A DNA stretch of 63,966 bases, filler included, from Stramenopiles sp. TOSAG23-6 (taxonomy: Eukaryota), in assembly GCA_900128565.1 (NCBI GenBank). It is 3 parts of 3 records of this genome, joined end to end, with 100 filler letters (N's around TTAATTAATTAA, not from the genome) between each part and the next. Parts side by side here need not be neighbours in the genome. Positions count along the whole stretch, not along the records: positions 21,828 to 43,541 come from LT636025.1; 2 more parts are not named here. One strand, given 5' to 3'. Positions 21,881 through 31,833 of the stretch are shown here, piece by piece. Position 1 is the first letter of the stretch; the number at the start of each line of letters is the position of its first letter. The position numbers and the translations under genes are program-made. The notes under the pieces are model-generated. The model had not been told where the DNA came from. It ran no database searches and saw only the letters and a program-made list of their open reading frames with translations.

Positions 21881-24800
21881 ATAGATTAAGAGCGAAAACA
21901 AATGAAGACCAATGGAAAAAAGATGCAGCCAATGCACAAAAAGCAAGATTAGAGTTAAAACGAATGCGAGAAGAATCTAAAGCCAAATTACATCAGAAGC
22001 GTAAGAAGATTGCTGAAAAAGAAGAAAATCTTGCACGTATCAAAAATAAATTAGAAAGTTTTGAATCGAATCAAAAGGAAAAAGAAAAGTTAAAAGAAGA
22101 AGAAAAAAAAAGAAAGCAAGAACAGGAAAATAAAGACAGTGAACGTTTGCATGCTATGGCTATAAGAATTCAGTCTCCTATGCGAGGGAAAATAGCTCGA
22201 CGTAAGTCTGCAGAGGCTAGTGCCAAAAAGAATTTATTAGAGAAACATGATGCAGGATTATTGCGTATCGCATCTTTGCAGAATAAGCGAAATGAAGAAG
22301 AAAACAAAGCTCTTGAAGAAACACGCGGGAAAAAAAACTGGCAGAAATGTATACAAAAACACAAAAAAGTAAAGGAAGAAAATAAAAGAAAATATAAACT
22401 AATAGTAATGGTCCAGTCACACGTTCGCCAAATATTCGCCAAAAATATTGTTAAAGCTATGAGAAAAAAACGAAATGAAGAACAATTAATAAGCCAACAA
22501 ATGTTTGAAGAAGTGGCAGAAAGAAAACAAAAAGAATCGTATGAAAATAATATAGAGGAGGAAAGAAAGAAAAATAAATTATCATTTAAAATCGAACTTG
22601 CAAAAACAAAAATAAAGTTAAGGAAAATGGAAGATGATGTACAATTTCAAAATGAAAAGTTATCTACAGATGCAAGGTGGAAATGTAGTAAAGAGTCAAA
22701 TAGAAAACAAAAAAAACAAAACAATGAAGAAAGTGATCAACAATGTGAAATAATTAGACTTGAAAAAGAATTAGAAGATGTAATTAAATATTCCAAACAC
22801 AGAAAACAACGCTGGCAAAATGATGAAAAATTAAAAATTCACCTTGTCATTCAAATGCAGTCTCGTGTAAGAAGTTGTATTGCAAAAAGAAAAGTACGTA
22901 AAATGTTGCAAAATAAGTTACACAAAATAGAATTTAATGTATCAAAATATTGGGAAGAAGGTATTTGTCCAATTACAGGTAGGAAATATTGGTATAATTC
23001 AAAGACTGATGAAAGTACATATGAAAAACCTTCTTTTATTAATACTACAAAAAAAACAACTACAAGTGATCAAAACAAATTAGAAACAAAATATATTGAT
23101 ACACAATCTGTCGTTCAAAGTGACAGCCAGAAAGACTTGAAAACAAAATATTTTCATTCAAAATCTGAGAAATCTAAAAAGTCCATACGTAAAAACAATT
23201 ATACATCATACATGCCTCGGCAGTCACCTGAAATGAGTGGAAATGAAGAAGATGAGAGAAATATTGAGTACGAAAATGATTTCGAATCGGAAAATCATCG
23301 TGGTAAATTGAAAGCGGCGGCTGCGTTGATTGGCTCACATTCACGAATAGCTGCGTCTGCCATTCAAAGTGACAGCCAAAAAGACTTGAGTGGAAATGAA
23401 GAAGATGAGAGAAATATTGAGTACGAAAATGATTTCGAATCGGAAAATCATCGTGGTAAATTGAAAGCGGCGGCTGCGTTGATTGGCTCACATTCACGAA
23501 TAGCTGCGTCTGCCATTCAAAGTGACAGCCAAAAAGACTTGAGTGGAAATGAAGAAGATGAGAGAAATATTGAGTACGAAAATGATTTCGAATCGGAAAA
23601 TCATCGTGGTAAATTGAAAGCGGCGGCTGCGTTGATTGGCTCACATTCACGAATAGCTGCGTCTGCCATTCAAAGTGACAGCCAAAAAGACTTGAGTGGA
23701 AATGAAGAAGATGAGAGAAATATTGAGTACGAAAATGATTTCGAATCGGAAAATCATCGTGGTAAATTGAAAGCGGCGGCTGCGTTGATTGGCTCACATT
23801 CACGTTCACGGCAGTACAGTGATGAAAATTCACAAATAAAAATGCAACTAAAAGAATTTGAACAAAATCAAAATGAAGAAACTTTAAATGGTAGGATTAT
23901 AAAAGTATCAACTGTAGCTAGTTGTATACAAGAAGAAAAAGACAACTTCAATGTACAAGAAGAAAAAGAAGTTGAACATGTGCAAGAAGAAAAAGAAGCT
24001 GAAAATGTTCAACAAGAAAAAAGAGGTGCTGAAAATACAGAAGAGGCTTTATATAATCATATTGAGGTGGAAGGATCAGATGTATACAAAGATAAAGACC
24101 AGCTGAATGCCTTGCCAAAAAAAGCGAAAGTTGTGAAGGAGCGCAAATTTCATCGAAGTATATCAAGTTCATTGACACTCCCTATGATGAAACAAGAATT
24201 CGAAATAGATATAAATGAAGACGTTTGCGAAAATGAAAAAGTGAACACATCTTTGACCAATTCAATGAAACCAAAAGTTAAATCTACAGAGCCTTTACGA
24301 AAACCAAAAGTTAAATCTACAGAGCCTTTACGAAAACCAAAAGCTAAACCTACAGAGCCTTTACGAAAACCAAAAGCTAAACCTACAGAGCCTTTACGAA
24401 AGTCGAAAGCTAAACCTACAGAGCCTTTCCGAAAACCAAAAGTTACCAAAACGTCTTCAATGGAATCAGCAAGAGAAAGAATGAGAAGATATGCGCAATC
24501 AAAAGGAAAGGTCACAACAAAAGTGAAAAATGGACGTAAAAAACAGCAAAAGACGAAAGAACAAAGATCAACAAGGAATATGAAAATTGCATCCCGGGCG
24601 AAAGGTATTAAGAAAAGGTTGAAAAACGTTCATTCTGTTGTTGATTCTCATCAATCAGTGCATAGGGTTGATGCTACTAATCGTCAAAATCTGAATTATT
24701 TACAAAATGCAATCCCTTCGCGACACACAGAAGTTGTTTATACATTGAAGCATGCTCCAAAATCAAGATCACGACGGAGACGATCTTCACTTTCTCCGAA

Positions 24801-27800
24801 ATTAATAAAAAGAAAGCATTTTATTTTGGAATCACCTCATAGAAAAAGCAAAAAGAAGGTGACGTCATATTCTCCTACATCAAGAAGAGTAAAGAAACCT
24901 TTATTATCAGCAACAGAAGTAACAGAAACAAAAACAAGAAATGAAGAAACAACATCAACCGATTATACAACTACTATGGAATCTAGTGTTAGTACTGATG
25001 ATGTTGATTCAATGACAATACGTCTTACACAAAATCAACAAAAAAGCGAAATACTTAGTGGTGTAGTACACAGAGAATATATTGATAATGACGTAACAAA
25101 AATTGATCGATTTTTGAGATTTGCTGGAGAAAAACGAAAGAATAAATCTAAAATTGCTCCAGCAGAATCACCACAACAACGAAAAAGTGATTATCGATCC
25201 CGTGTAAGTGTTCAAGATAAACATGATCATTTCATTGATAGGTCAATCCAGAATGCTCGTAACAGAGTTCGCAGCAGAAGAAATATCATGAAAATTAAAA
25301 ATAAAAAGACAAAAGAAATATCAGAATCGGAAAATATAAATTATGCTGCAATACGTCGAGCTCAAAAAAGAGTTAATCGACATATTGCATTACAATCAAC
25401 TAGACAGATTGGTGCAGCTATTACAATTCAATCATTTGGGCGAATGATTATTGCTCAAAACATTAGTGAAGAATTAAGTACACATTTAAGTTCACCTGTA
25501 CATAAAAGTCTTGAATTTGTTTTAGTTGACTCCTTGGAAGGATATTCCAAAGATAACCATGATGATAGTATCGCCGAAACTGTTCTTACAAATGCAGTTG
25601 GAACAATTTTGAATGATGTATCACAGACTAGTAATGATGATAATTTATTATCGAGTAGTACCTCCGATACTGAAAGTACTTCTAATTCTGATGAAATCCA
25701 TCGCAAGTATGAGATTCTTGCAGTATCTACAGATGATTTTGATGAAGAAAATTTTCGATATGAAAATGCACTGAAAAAACGATTATTATACCGATGGAAA
25801 TATAAATGTGACATACGATGGCACAAAAGGAACAATGAGAAAATAGCTTTTGATCACTGGACATCTCACACAAAAATGAAAATTATTAAAGTATGGAAAG
25901 TCTATTCTGATTATTCTTTACAATTAAAATCTACAGCAGTCAAAATAGTGGGAAATAGAGGTATAAGAAAATGCCGTACTTTATTATCTCTTTGGAGGAA
26001 ACGTGCACGTATAAAATATGCCTTACATCGTTTATATTTAATACAAAACATTCGACACAGACAAAAAGTATTACTTCCAATCTTTACATTTTGGTCTCTA
26101 AAAGGCAAACGTTTAACTAGACTACGTCGAGCATGGAATACTCTAAGTGCGAGCATTGCGGGAAAATCGTGTACGTTTTATTTTTTTTCAAATTCGAATT
26201 TTTTTTCGTACACAATTTTGTACCTAACATTTTTTTTTTTTTTGAAATATTTTTCCAAAATACATACTGTCGTCGTCTTCGAGAAAAATGGGACTACAAA
26301 GCTATGAGAAAACGACGGAATTGTTCTTGGAATGAATTACAAATTGTAAATGATAATTTAAAGCGTTCAATGTTCCATGCATGGTTACAAGAGACATTGA
26401 ATTCATCGCGACGTAAGTGTAAGAAATATAAAGCTCAGGCATATTTACGAGATCAATTATTAGCTCGACACATACAAGAGTGGAAGCACATAACTAACTT
26501 ACATGTATGTTTTATTTTTCCTCAATTTTGAATTTATTTTTCGTAAGAAATTTTGTACCTAACAAATTTTAAGTTTTTTTTTTTGAAATATTTTCCAAAA
26601 TACATTCTATTGGTAGACTAGTTCGATTTAGATCTGTCCAGCGTTCTCGTTCTCAGCTTTTTCGTAAGTGGGAGTCAGCAGCTGAAATTCGCAAGGAACT
26701 TTTATATGATTTTCATAAGTACTGGCACNGGAAGCGACCGCTTCAAAGAGCTCTCATTGCTATGAAGACTGTTACAAAAGCAGAATTAAGATACCGTCAA
26801 AATTTTATGAGACAACATCTCTTAGCATGGAAACAAGTGACGAGATTAATTCTTGTCCATCGACTTCTCATGTACGTTTTCATTATGAATTTTATATTCA
26901 TTTAGTTTTTCATAGAAAATTTTGTACCTAAGGATTTTTTTTTAAACCAAAAGAATTAACCAAAAGAATTATATATATATATATATTCACAATATAGGCG
27001 GCCTATGACATGTTGGAGACGATGGGCTTGGCGACATCGACGGGTTTGGCATATAAAACGCCTCGAACACGCTGAAGCAGAAAGATCGCGTATATCATCA
27101 CCAAAACATATAAAAAAACCAATCAGAAGTAAAATTTTGAGTGTATCGGATCCTTGTCAACGTATATGGAAATCATACATGATGGATAACCTTATGCCTA
27201 AACAAAATAGTAACCTCGAAAATGATTCTAATCATGATGCGATACTAGAAAATGATTCTTATCATGATGCGATACTAGATTCTGAAAGTCAAGATTCTGA
27301 ATCAGTGTATAGAACAAGTGTTGTTGCGTCTGTAATTAAAGATGATGTAGAATCTAATAATTATGATGAATCTTCTCAACAAAAGAATGAAAATATTTCT
27401 AATCCTGAACAAAAGAATGAAAATATTTCTAATCCTGAAAATTATCCACATGTAGAGTATGTATGTTTTATTTTTTTTTTTACAAAAAAATCGAATTTAT
27501 TTTTTTTCATAGGAAATTTTGTACCTAACATTTTTTTTAGATTTTTTTGAAATATTTTTCCACAATACATGTTACTTTAAAACGATTGAGATTAGCAAAG
27601 TTAATTAGCAATCCTACACGAAATCGAACAGATCTTGCAGAAAGAACTGCAAAACAACGAAGAAATATTATACAAAATAATGAATTAAACCAAACTGAAA
27701 ATGTGAAAGAAAATGAAAAAGGTACAAAAATTACATACAAAAGATTGCTACAATGTAGACTTGTATCATCTTCCTCCTCGTCGGATGATGTACATGTGAA

Positions 27801-28111
27801 GAATAAAGCAGTTGTAAATATTCATAAAAATGAAGAAAGACGAAAGCGAAGAATTGTAGAGTGGTGTTTCCTTACTTGGGCTTTGAACTGTCATAGTATT
27901 ATCAGACCAGCAAGTCAATCAAATATGAGTACGTTTTCAGAATGAATTTTTTTTTTTTTTTTTTTCAAACATTCAGTATTCTCAAAAAAAAAAAATCTAC
28001 AATATTTTCCACAATGCATTGAAGCTTCGTTTGACAAAAGTTCCATCAGCAATGGTACGTTGGAGTCTGGGTATAGAACATTTGGATAATTTGAACATAT
28101 TGAATGAGTAA
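21881..28111 (+). CDS. Large IQ-motif/WW/Sfi1-like-repeat protein (5' partial); exons 21881-26170, 26266-26504, 26606-26871, 26998-27460, 27571-27928, ~28020-28111
   Basis: IQ-like motifs (IQSPMRG, VQSHVR, MQSRVR, IQSFGR), a WW domain (WEEG..GRKYWYNSKTDESTYEKP) and Trp-periodic basic repeats. The frames join through introners; the last exon is uncertain. Confidence 0.75.
23234..23804 (+). repeat. 153-bp coding tandem repeat x3.7 (51 aa)
   Basis: Identical units SGNEEDERNIEYENDF...AAAALIGSHSR. Confidence 0.95.
24268..24444 (+). repeat. 33-bp coding tandem repeat x5 (KPKxKxTEPLR)
   Basis: Seen directly in DNA and protein. Confidence 0.93.
26171..26265 (+). mobile_element. Introner, GT...AT, 95 nt
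   Basis: tcg t|ac tgt cgt is in frame; the first downstream AG creates TAA. Confidence 0.88.
26505..26605 (+). mobile_element. Introner, GT...AT, 101 nt
   Basis: cat|tct att ggt opens an 88-codon exon; the nearest AGs are out of frame. Confidence 0.88.
26872..26997 (+). other. Degenerate introner-derived intron with canonical GT-AG ends, 126 nt
   Basis: at|GTACGT...AAATTTTGTACCTAAG...CAATATAG|g cgg. Confidence 0.85.
27461..27570 (+). mobile_element. Introner, GT...AT, 110 nt (an internal in-frame AG at 27540 is an alternative acceptor)
   Basis: tat|gtt act tta is in frame; matches the family consensus. Confidence 0.8.
27929..28019 (+). other. Degenerate introner-like intron (ends ...ACAATGCAT, or at the AG 5 nt further)
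   Basis: GTACGTTTT start and AATATTTTCCACAATGCAT end; both acceptors give short open terminal exons. Confidence 0.55.
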
Positions 28112-28318
28112 ATTGGAATTGGAATTTGTGTCATAAATTAAATAAAATAGAAAAGTTGAATTTTTTTCTTGTTGATTTCGTGTTTGCACAAAACTGCTTT
28201 CGTTTGGTAGTCAAAAAAAAAAAATATCTTTTTATGATAGATTTGATAACGGTAAAAAAGATTTTAGATACCCTTACCAAAAATATCTTTTATCCGTTCT
28301 TCCGAAAAACAATTTAAA

Positions 28319-29101
28319 ATGGGCGCTGCAGCATCATTTGATCAACTCGAAAAGTCTGAAATGAGTGGTTCATGTAAAGAGTTCATGCAAGCTTTGTATG
28401 AGCTGTCAACGCATGACGAAAATGGAAATGTCACCAGAAAGAAAGAATGGCCCAACTTGGATCCAAACGGAAACGGTCAAGTATCTTTGGCTGAAACAGA
28501 CGCTTGGGTACTCAAGAAAATGACGGAAAGATTGGGAGCCGAGGAAGGTGAACGGGTTTACAATTGTTTCAAGCCATCATATATCCGTGCTTTCAGTGAT
28601 GCAAAAGACTTGGTTAAGGGAGAGAAAAGAAAACTCGGTCCAACAGCCGATGCTGAAGACTACATTCAACCAGTGGAATTTCGTGGGTTGGCAGCTTACT
28701 TATGTCTTTATGCAGCAATGTATGATTGTTTTGCATTACTCGATGGTGGCGATGGGGTCGATGTGAAGGGACATGAAGATCGGAAGATGACTCTTGAAGA
28801 GTGGCAAAATGGATATAAGAAAGTTGTCACTCATGGCTTTGTCGGGTTAAAAGACCTTGGAGAAGCAGACGCAGCAACTGTAGAAAGTGCATTTAATGAG
28901 ATGAACAGTGGGCGCACAGGGACAAAAGAAACTGCTACAGATAATGTTGTCATGCTCGTTGAATTTTGTGCATGGATCGAAAAAAAAGAAGCTGACGCTG
29001 GTACAACATGGGGTAAACTCTTGACGGCAGGGGAACAAGTCAAAGAACCTGCACCAGCTGTAGCCGCAGCTCCAGCTGAAGCAACAGCAGAAGCCGACTA
29101 A
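28319..29101 (+). CDS. Flagellar calcium-binding protein (calflagin-like EF-hand)
   Basis: MG myristoylation start, LDPNGNGQVSLAE, YIRAFSDAK, EFR...YL, VEFCAW. Confidence 0.82.
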   Translation: MGAAASFDQLEKSEMSGSCKEFMQALYELSTHDENGNVTRKKEWPNLDPNGNGQVSLAETDAWVLKKMTERLGAEEGERVYNCFKPSYIRAFSDAKDLVKGEKRKLGPTADAEDYIQPVEFRGLAAYLCLYAAMYDCFALLDGGDGVDVKGHEDRKMTLEEWQNGYKKVVTHGFVGLKDLGEADAATVESAFNEMNSGRTGTKETATDNVVMLVEFCAWIEKKEADAGTTWGKLLTAGEQVKEPAPAVAAAPAEATAEAD

Positions 29102-29329
29102 AACATGTTTCCGATGAAAATGTTCATTTTTACTCTAGGAAGCATTGATAGGTTTTTGTTTGGTGAAAAACAAATTTTTATTTTTTGCTTTATAATAGAG
29201 TAAGATAATTTGTAAAATCTTCTTTTTTATTTATTCGTTACTTTGCGCAAAATATGTTGGAAAGGTCAATATCAAAACCACCCTTAGGGGAAACATGTGT
29301 GGTGTCTATTGTCGCACAAAAATCCTTTA

Positions 29330-29902
29330 CTATTTCGTGTAGATCTTTTCTATTTTGCTATCAGTGTCTACAAAATGTTTACTTTCAGAATTTTGGCTAT
29401 TTTTGCTTTCTAATTTCTTGCTTTTCTTTCTACTATCCAAATGATCAGCTGAATCTTTATTTGCTATGTTATGATCATCACACCACTCCTGACAACGGTC
29501 GATAAATTTATCAAAGTCCCAAGCTGCTATCATATATTTCAGCATTATCGCAGTTCCAAAGTGTGTTGGGCCTTCGCCTTGCACATTAACATCTATTAAT
29601 CTTTTTAATCGTTCCTGTAATTCAATTTGAGTGATACCTTCTTCTTTACAAAATCCTTCCCAATGTTTTTCCATTAATTCTAAATAAAGTTTGAATATGC
29701 TGTGTGACTGGAGAGAAAATTCTCCCTCCATTGGCTGAGAGCGCTTAGCGTCAACAACTTGAGACCCTGCTGAGACACGGCGTGCATTTTGTTCCATGAA
29801 TGCTTCAACCTGCTCGTCAAACTCCTCATCAGCCAAGTGCTCCCGGACGCGCTCGTGGAAGGCACTTACATTATCCTGATGTTGACGCAATTGGCGCAAC
29901 AT
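29330..29902 (-). CDS. ARL2-binding (BART) domain protein
   Basis: VEAFMEQN, EFSLQSHSIFKLYLELME...F, AAWDFDKF. Confidence 0.75.
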   Translation of the reverse strand: MLRQLRQHQDNVSAFHERVREHLADEEFDEQVEAFMEQNARRVSAGSQVVDAKRSQPMEGEFSLQSHSIFKLYLELMEKHWEGFCKEEGITQIELQERLKRLIDVNVQGEGPTHFGTAIMLKYMIAAWDFDKFIDRCQEWCDDHNIANKDSADHLDSRKKSKKLESKNSQNSESKHFVDTDSKIEKIYTK

Positions 29903-30124
29903 GAACAAAAATGTTGTTAATCTTATACGTACTCTTTATATTTTTTGTAATAATCTTCGGAATGTGTTGATTCATTCGGAGAAAATCGCGCGCGAGTCAA
30001 ACTTTGATGGCTTGATTGTTCGTTCCTCTGTAAAGTCTTATTATAATTAAACTAAAAGCGAAACTACCTACTAGTACAAAGTTTAGTTTCTCTCAAAAGA
30101 ATTACAGCAACTCTTCAACCAAGC

Positions 30125-31609
30125 ATGTCAGCATCTAATAACAGAACCCTAGATGCGACCGATTTGGAACAGCTTATGGATATATCTTCCTCGCGTAATT
30201 CTGTGATGCCACGCTGGCAGCGAAAAGCACTCCAGAAGTCGTCAAACGCAACTAGTCCGTCGAAGTCTTCAAAGACTCCAGCACAAAAGTCTTCAAAGAG
30301 TCCAGGTAATTGCCGGTTCATTCCGAACCGCAGTGCAATGAATATGGACGTTTCATCTTTCTTACTTAAGAAAAATGCGCAATCTACATCTGCAAGCCCA
30401 GGTACCCAAACATTCAAAAGAGATCTTGCATCTCAACTTTTTGGTACGAACGAGCCTGAGAGCAAAGTTCTCGCTTTTAAACGCAAGGCTCCATGTGAAA
30501 CAGATGGTTATCGCGAATCCATAAAAGTTTTATACTCACAAGGCACCGATANGAAAAAACGAGTGAAAGTATCTAGAAATATTCCTAGTGCACCAGAAAG
30601 GGTTTTAGATGCACCTGATTTAATGGATGATTATTATCTCAACCTTCTTGACTGGAGTAACTCAAATATTCTAGCTGTCTCACTAAATAATGCAGTATTT
30701 TTGTGGAATGCTGCAACCGGTGGGATTGAAGAACTTATGTGCCTCGAAGGAGATGAAGCTTACGTTTCATCAGTCAAATGGGTGAAGGAAGGATCTTGTG
30801 TTCATTTAGCAGTTGCAAATTCAAATGCAGAAGTTCAGCTCTGGGACACAAAAAAATTACAACCTGTACGTGTGATGAGAGGCCACAGCGCACGCATCGG
30901 CTCTCTAAGCTGGAACAGGCACATCTTGTCTTCTGGATCTCGTGATACAAGCATACATAACCACGACGTTCGACAACGAAATCATCATATTGGGTCATTA
31001 ATTGGTCATACTCAGGAAGTTTGTGGTCTTGAATGGTCTCCAGATGGAACTACACTAGCATCTGGCGGGAATGATAATCTTCTCTGTATTTGGGATGCTC
31101 GAAGCACAATTAGCAATGAATCTGGAGTTTCAAATCATCAACAAGTTGCTCGTCTTACTTTAGGGGCACACCAAGCTGCAGTCAAAGCCATCTCTTGGTG
31201 TCCTTTTCGACGCGGCGTCCTCGCCTCTGGTGGGGGAACTGCTGATAAATGTATTAAATTCTGGAATACGACAAATGGAGCATGTCTCAATTCAATCGAT
31301 ACTGGCTCCCAAGTATGCTCTCTTTTGTGGAATACAAATGGAGAAAAAGAAATACTTTCGTCTCATGGTTTTAGTGAAAATCAGTTATCTCTATGGAGCT
31401 ACCCGAAGATGCAGAAGATTACGGAACTTAAAGGGCATGGTAAACGTGTGCTTCAAATGTGTCCTTCTCCTGATGGTACCACTGTGTGTTCTGCAGGTGC
31501 TGACGAGACCCTGAGATTTTGGAATGTATTTGGGGGACGTCAGCGCCATCTTGGGAAGAAATTAGGAGGAAGTTCTCAATCTATGTTTGGTAATATGTCT
31601 CTTCGATAA
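30125..31609 (+). CDS. CDC20: APC/C activator Cdc20
   Basis: C-box-like RFIPNR, ERVLDAP.L.DDYYLNLLDW, WD40 repeats, DETLRFWNVF, LR tail. Confidence 0.96.
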   Translation: MSASNNRTLDATDLEQLMDISSSRNSVMPRWQRKALQKSSNATSPSKSSKTPAQKSSKSPGNCRFIPNRSAMNMDVSSFLLKKNAQSTSASPGTQTFKRDLASQLFGTNEPESKVLAFKRKAPCETDGYRESIKVLYSQGTDXKKRVKVSRNIPSAPERVLDAPDLMDDYYLNLLDWSNSNILAVSLNNAVFLWNAATGGIEELMCLEGDEAYVSSVKWVKEGSCVHLAVANSNAEVQLWDTKKLQPVRVMRGHSARIGSLSWNRHILSSGSRDTSIHNHDVRQRNHHIGSLIGHTQEVCGLEWSPDGTTLASGGNDNLLCIWDARSTISNESGVSNHQQVARLTLGAHQAAVKAISWCPFRRGVLASGGGTADKCIKFWNTTNGACLNSIDTGSQVCSLLWNTNGEKEILSSHGFSENQLSLWSYPKMQKITELKGHGKRVLQMCPSPDGTTVCSAGADETLRFWNVFGGRQRHLGKKLGGSSQSMFGNMSLR

Positions 31610-31833
31610 ATTTGTCTTGTTTGTGTAGTAAAAAAAGTGTAGTATTCTCTTTGAGCCACGTAAAATATTAATTAGTACAAGCTAAAATACAAAAATGAGA
31701 GTATATTTTTATTTTAAAATGTATTAATATGAAACTTTAAATTGTCTCAGCCTCCATTTCAAAATTTAAATTGCATCGTCTCAGCCTCCATTTCAAAAAA
31801 GTCTACACAATGTCATGTACGTGCAGCATCTCT

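Larger units (their letters stand above)
21828..27459 (+). repeat. Left arm of a 5632-bp exact inverted duplication (partner 37910-43541)
   Basis: Mirror ORFs have coordinates summing to 65369; even the single N (26729/38640) is mirrored. Confidence 0.97.

Noticed and set aside
23234-23804. CRISPR-like array
   Set aside because: The units are identical 153-bp in-frame coding repeats with no unique spacers, in a eukaryotic gene.
23174-23833. Antisense ORFs (219 aa here, and many other short ones in the track)
   Set aside because: They are shadows of real genes or repeats on the opposite strand, with no recognisable motifs.
26171-26307. Phe-rich hydrophobic ORF tails as transmembrane anchors
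   Set aside because: They are translations of T-rich introner sequence; the same applies at 36135, 46201 and 54700.
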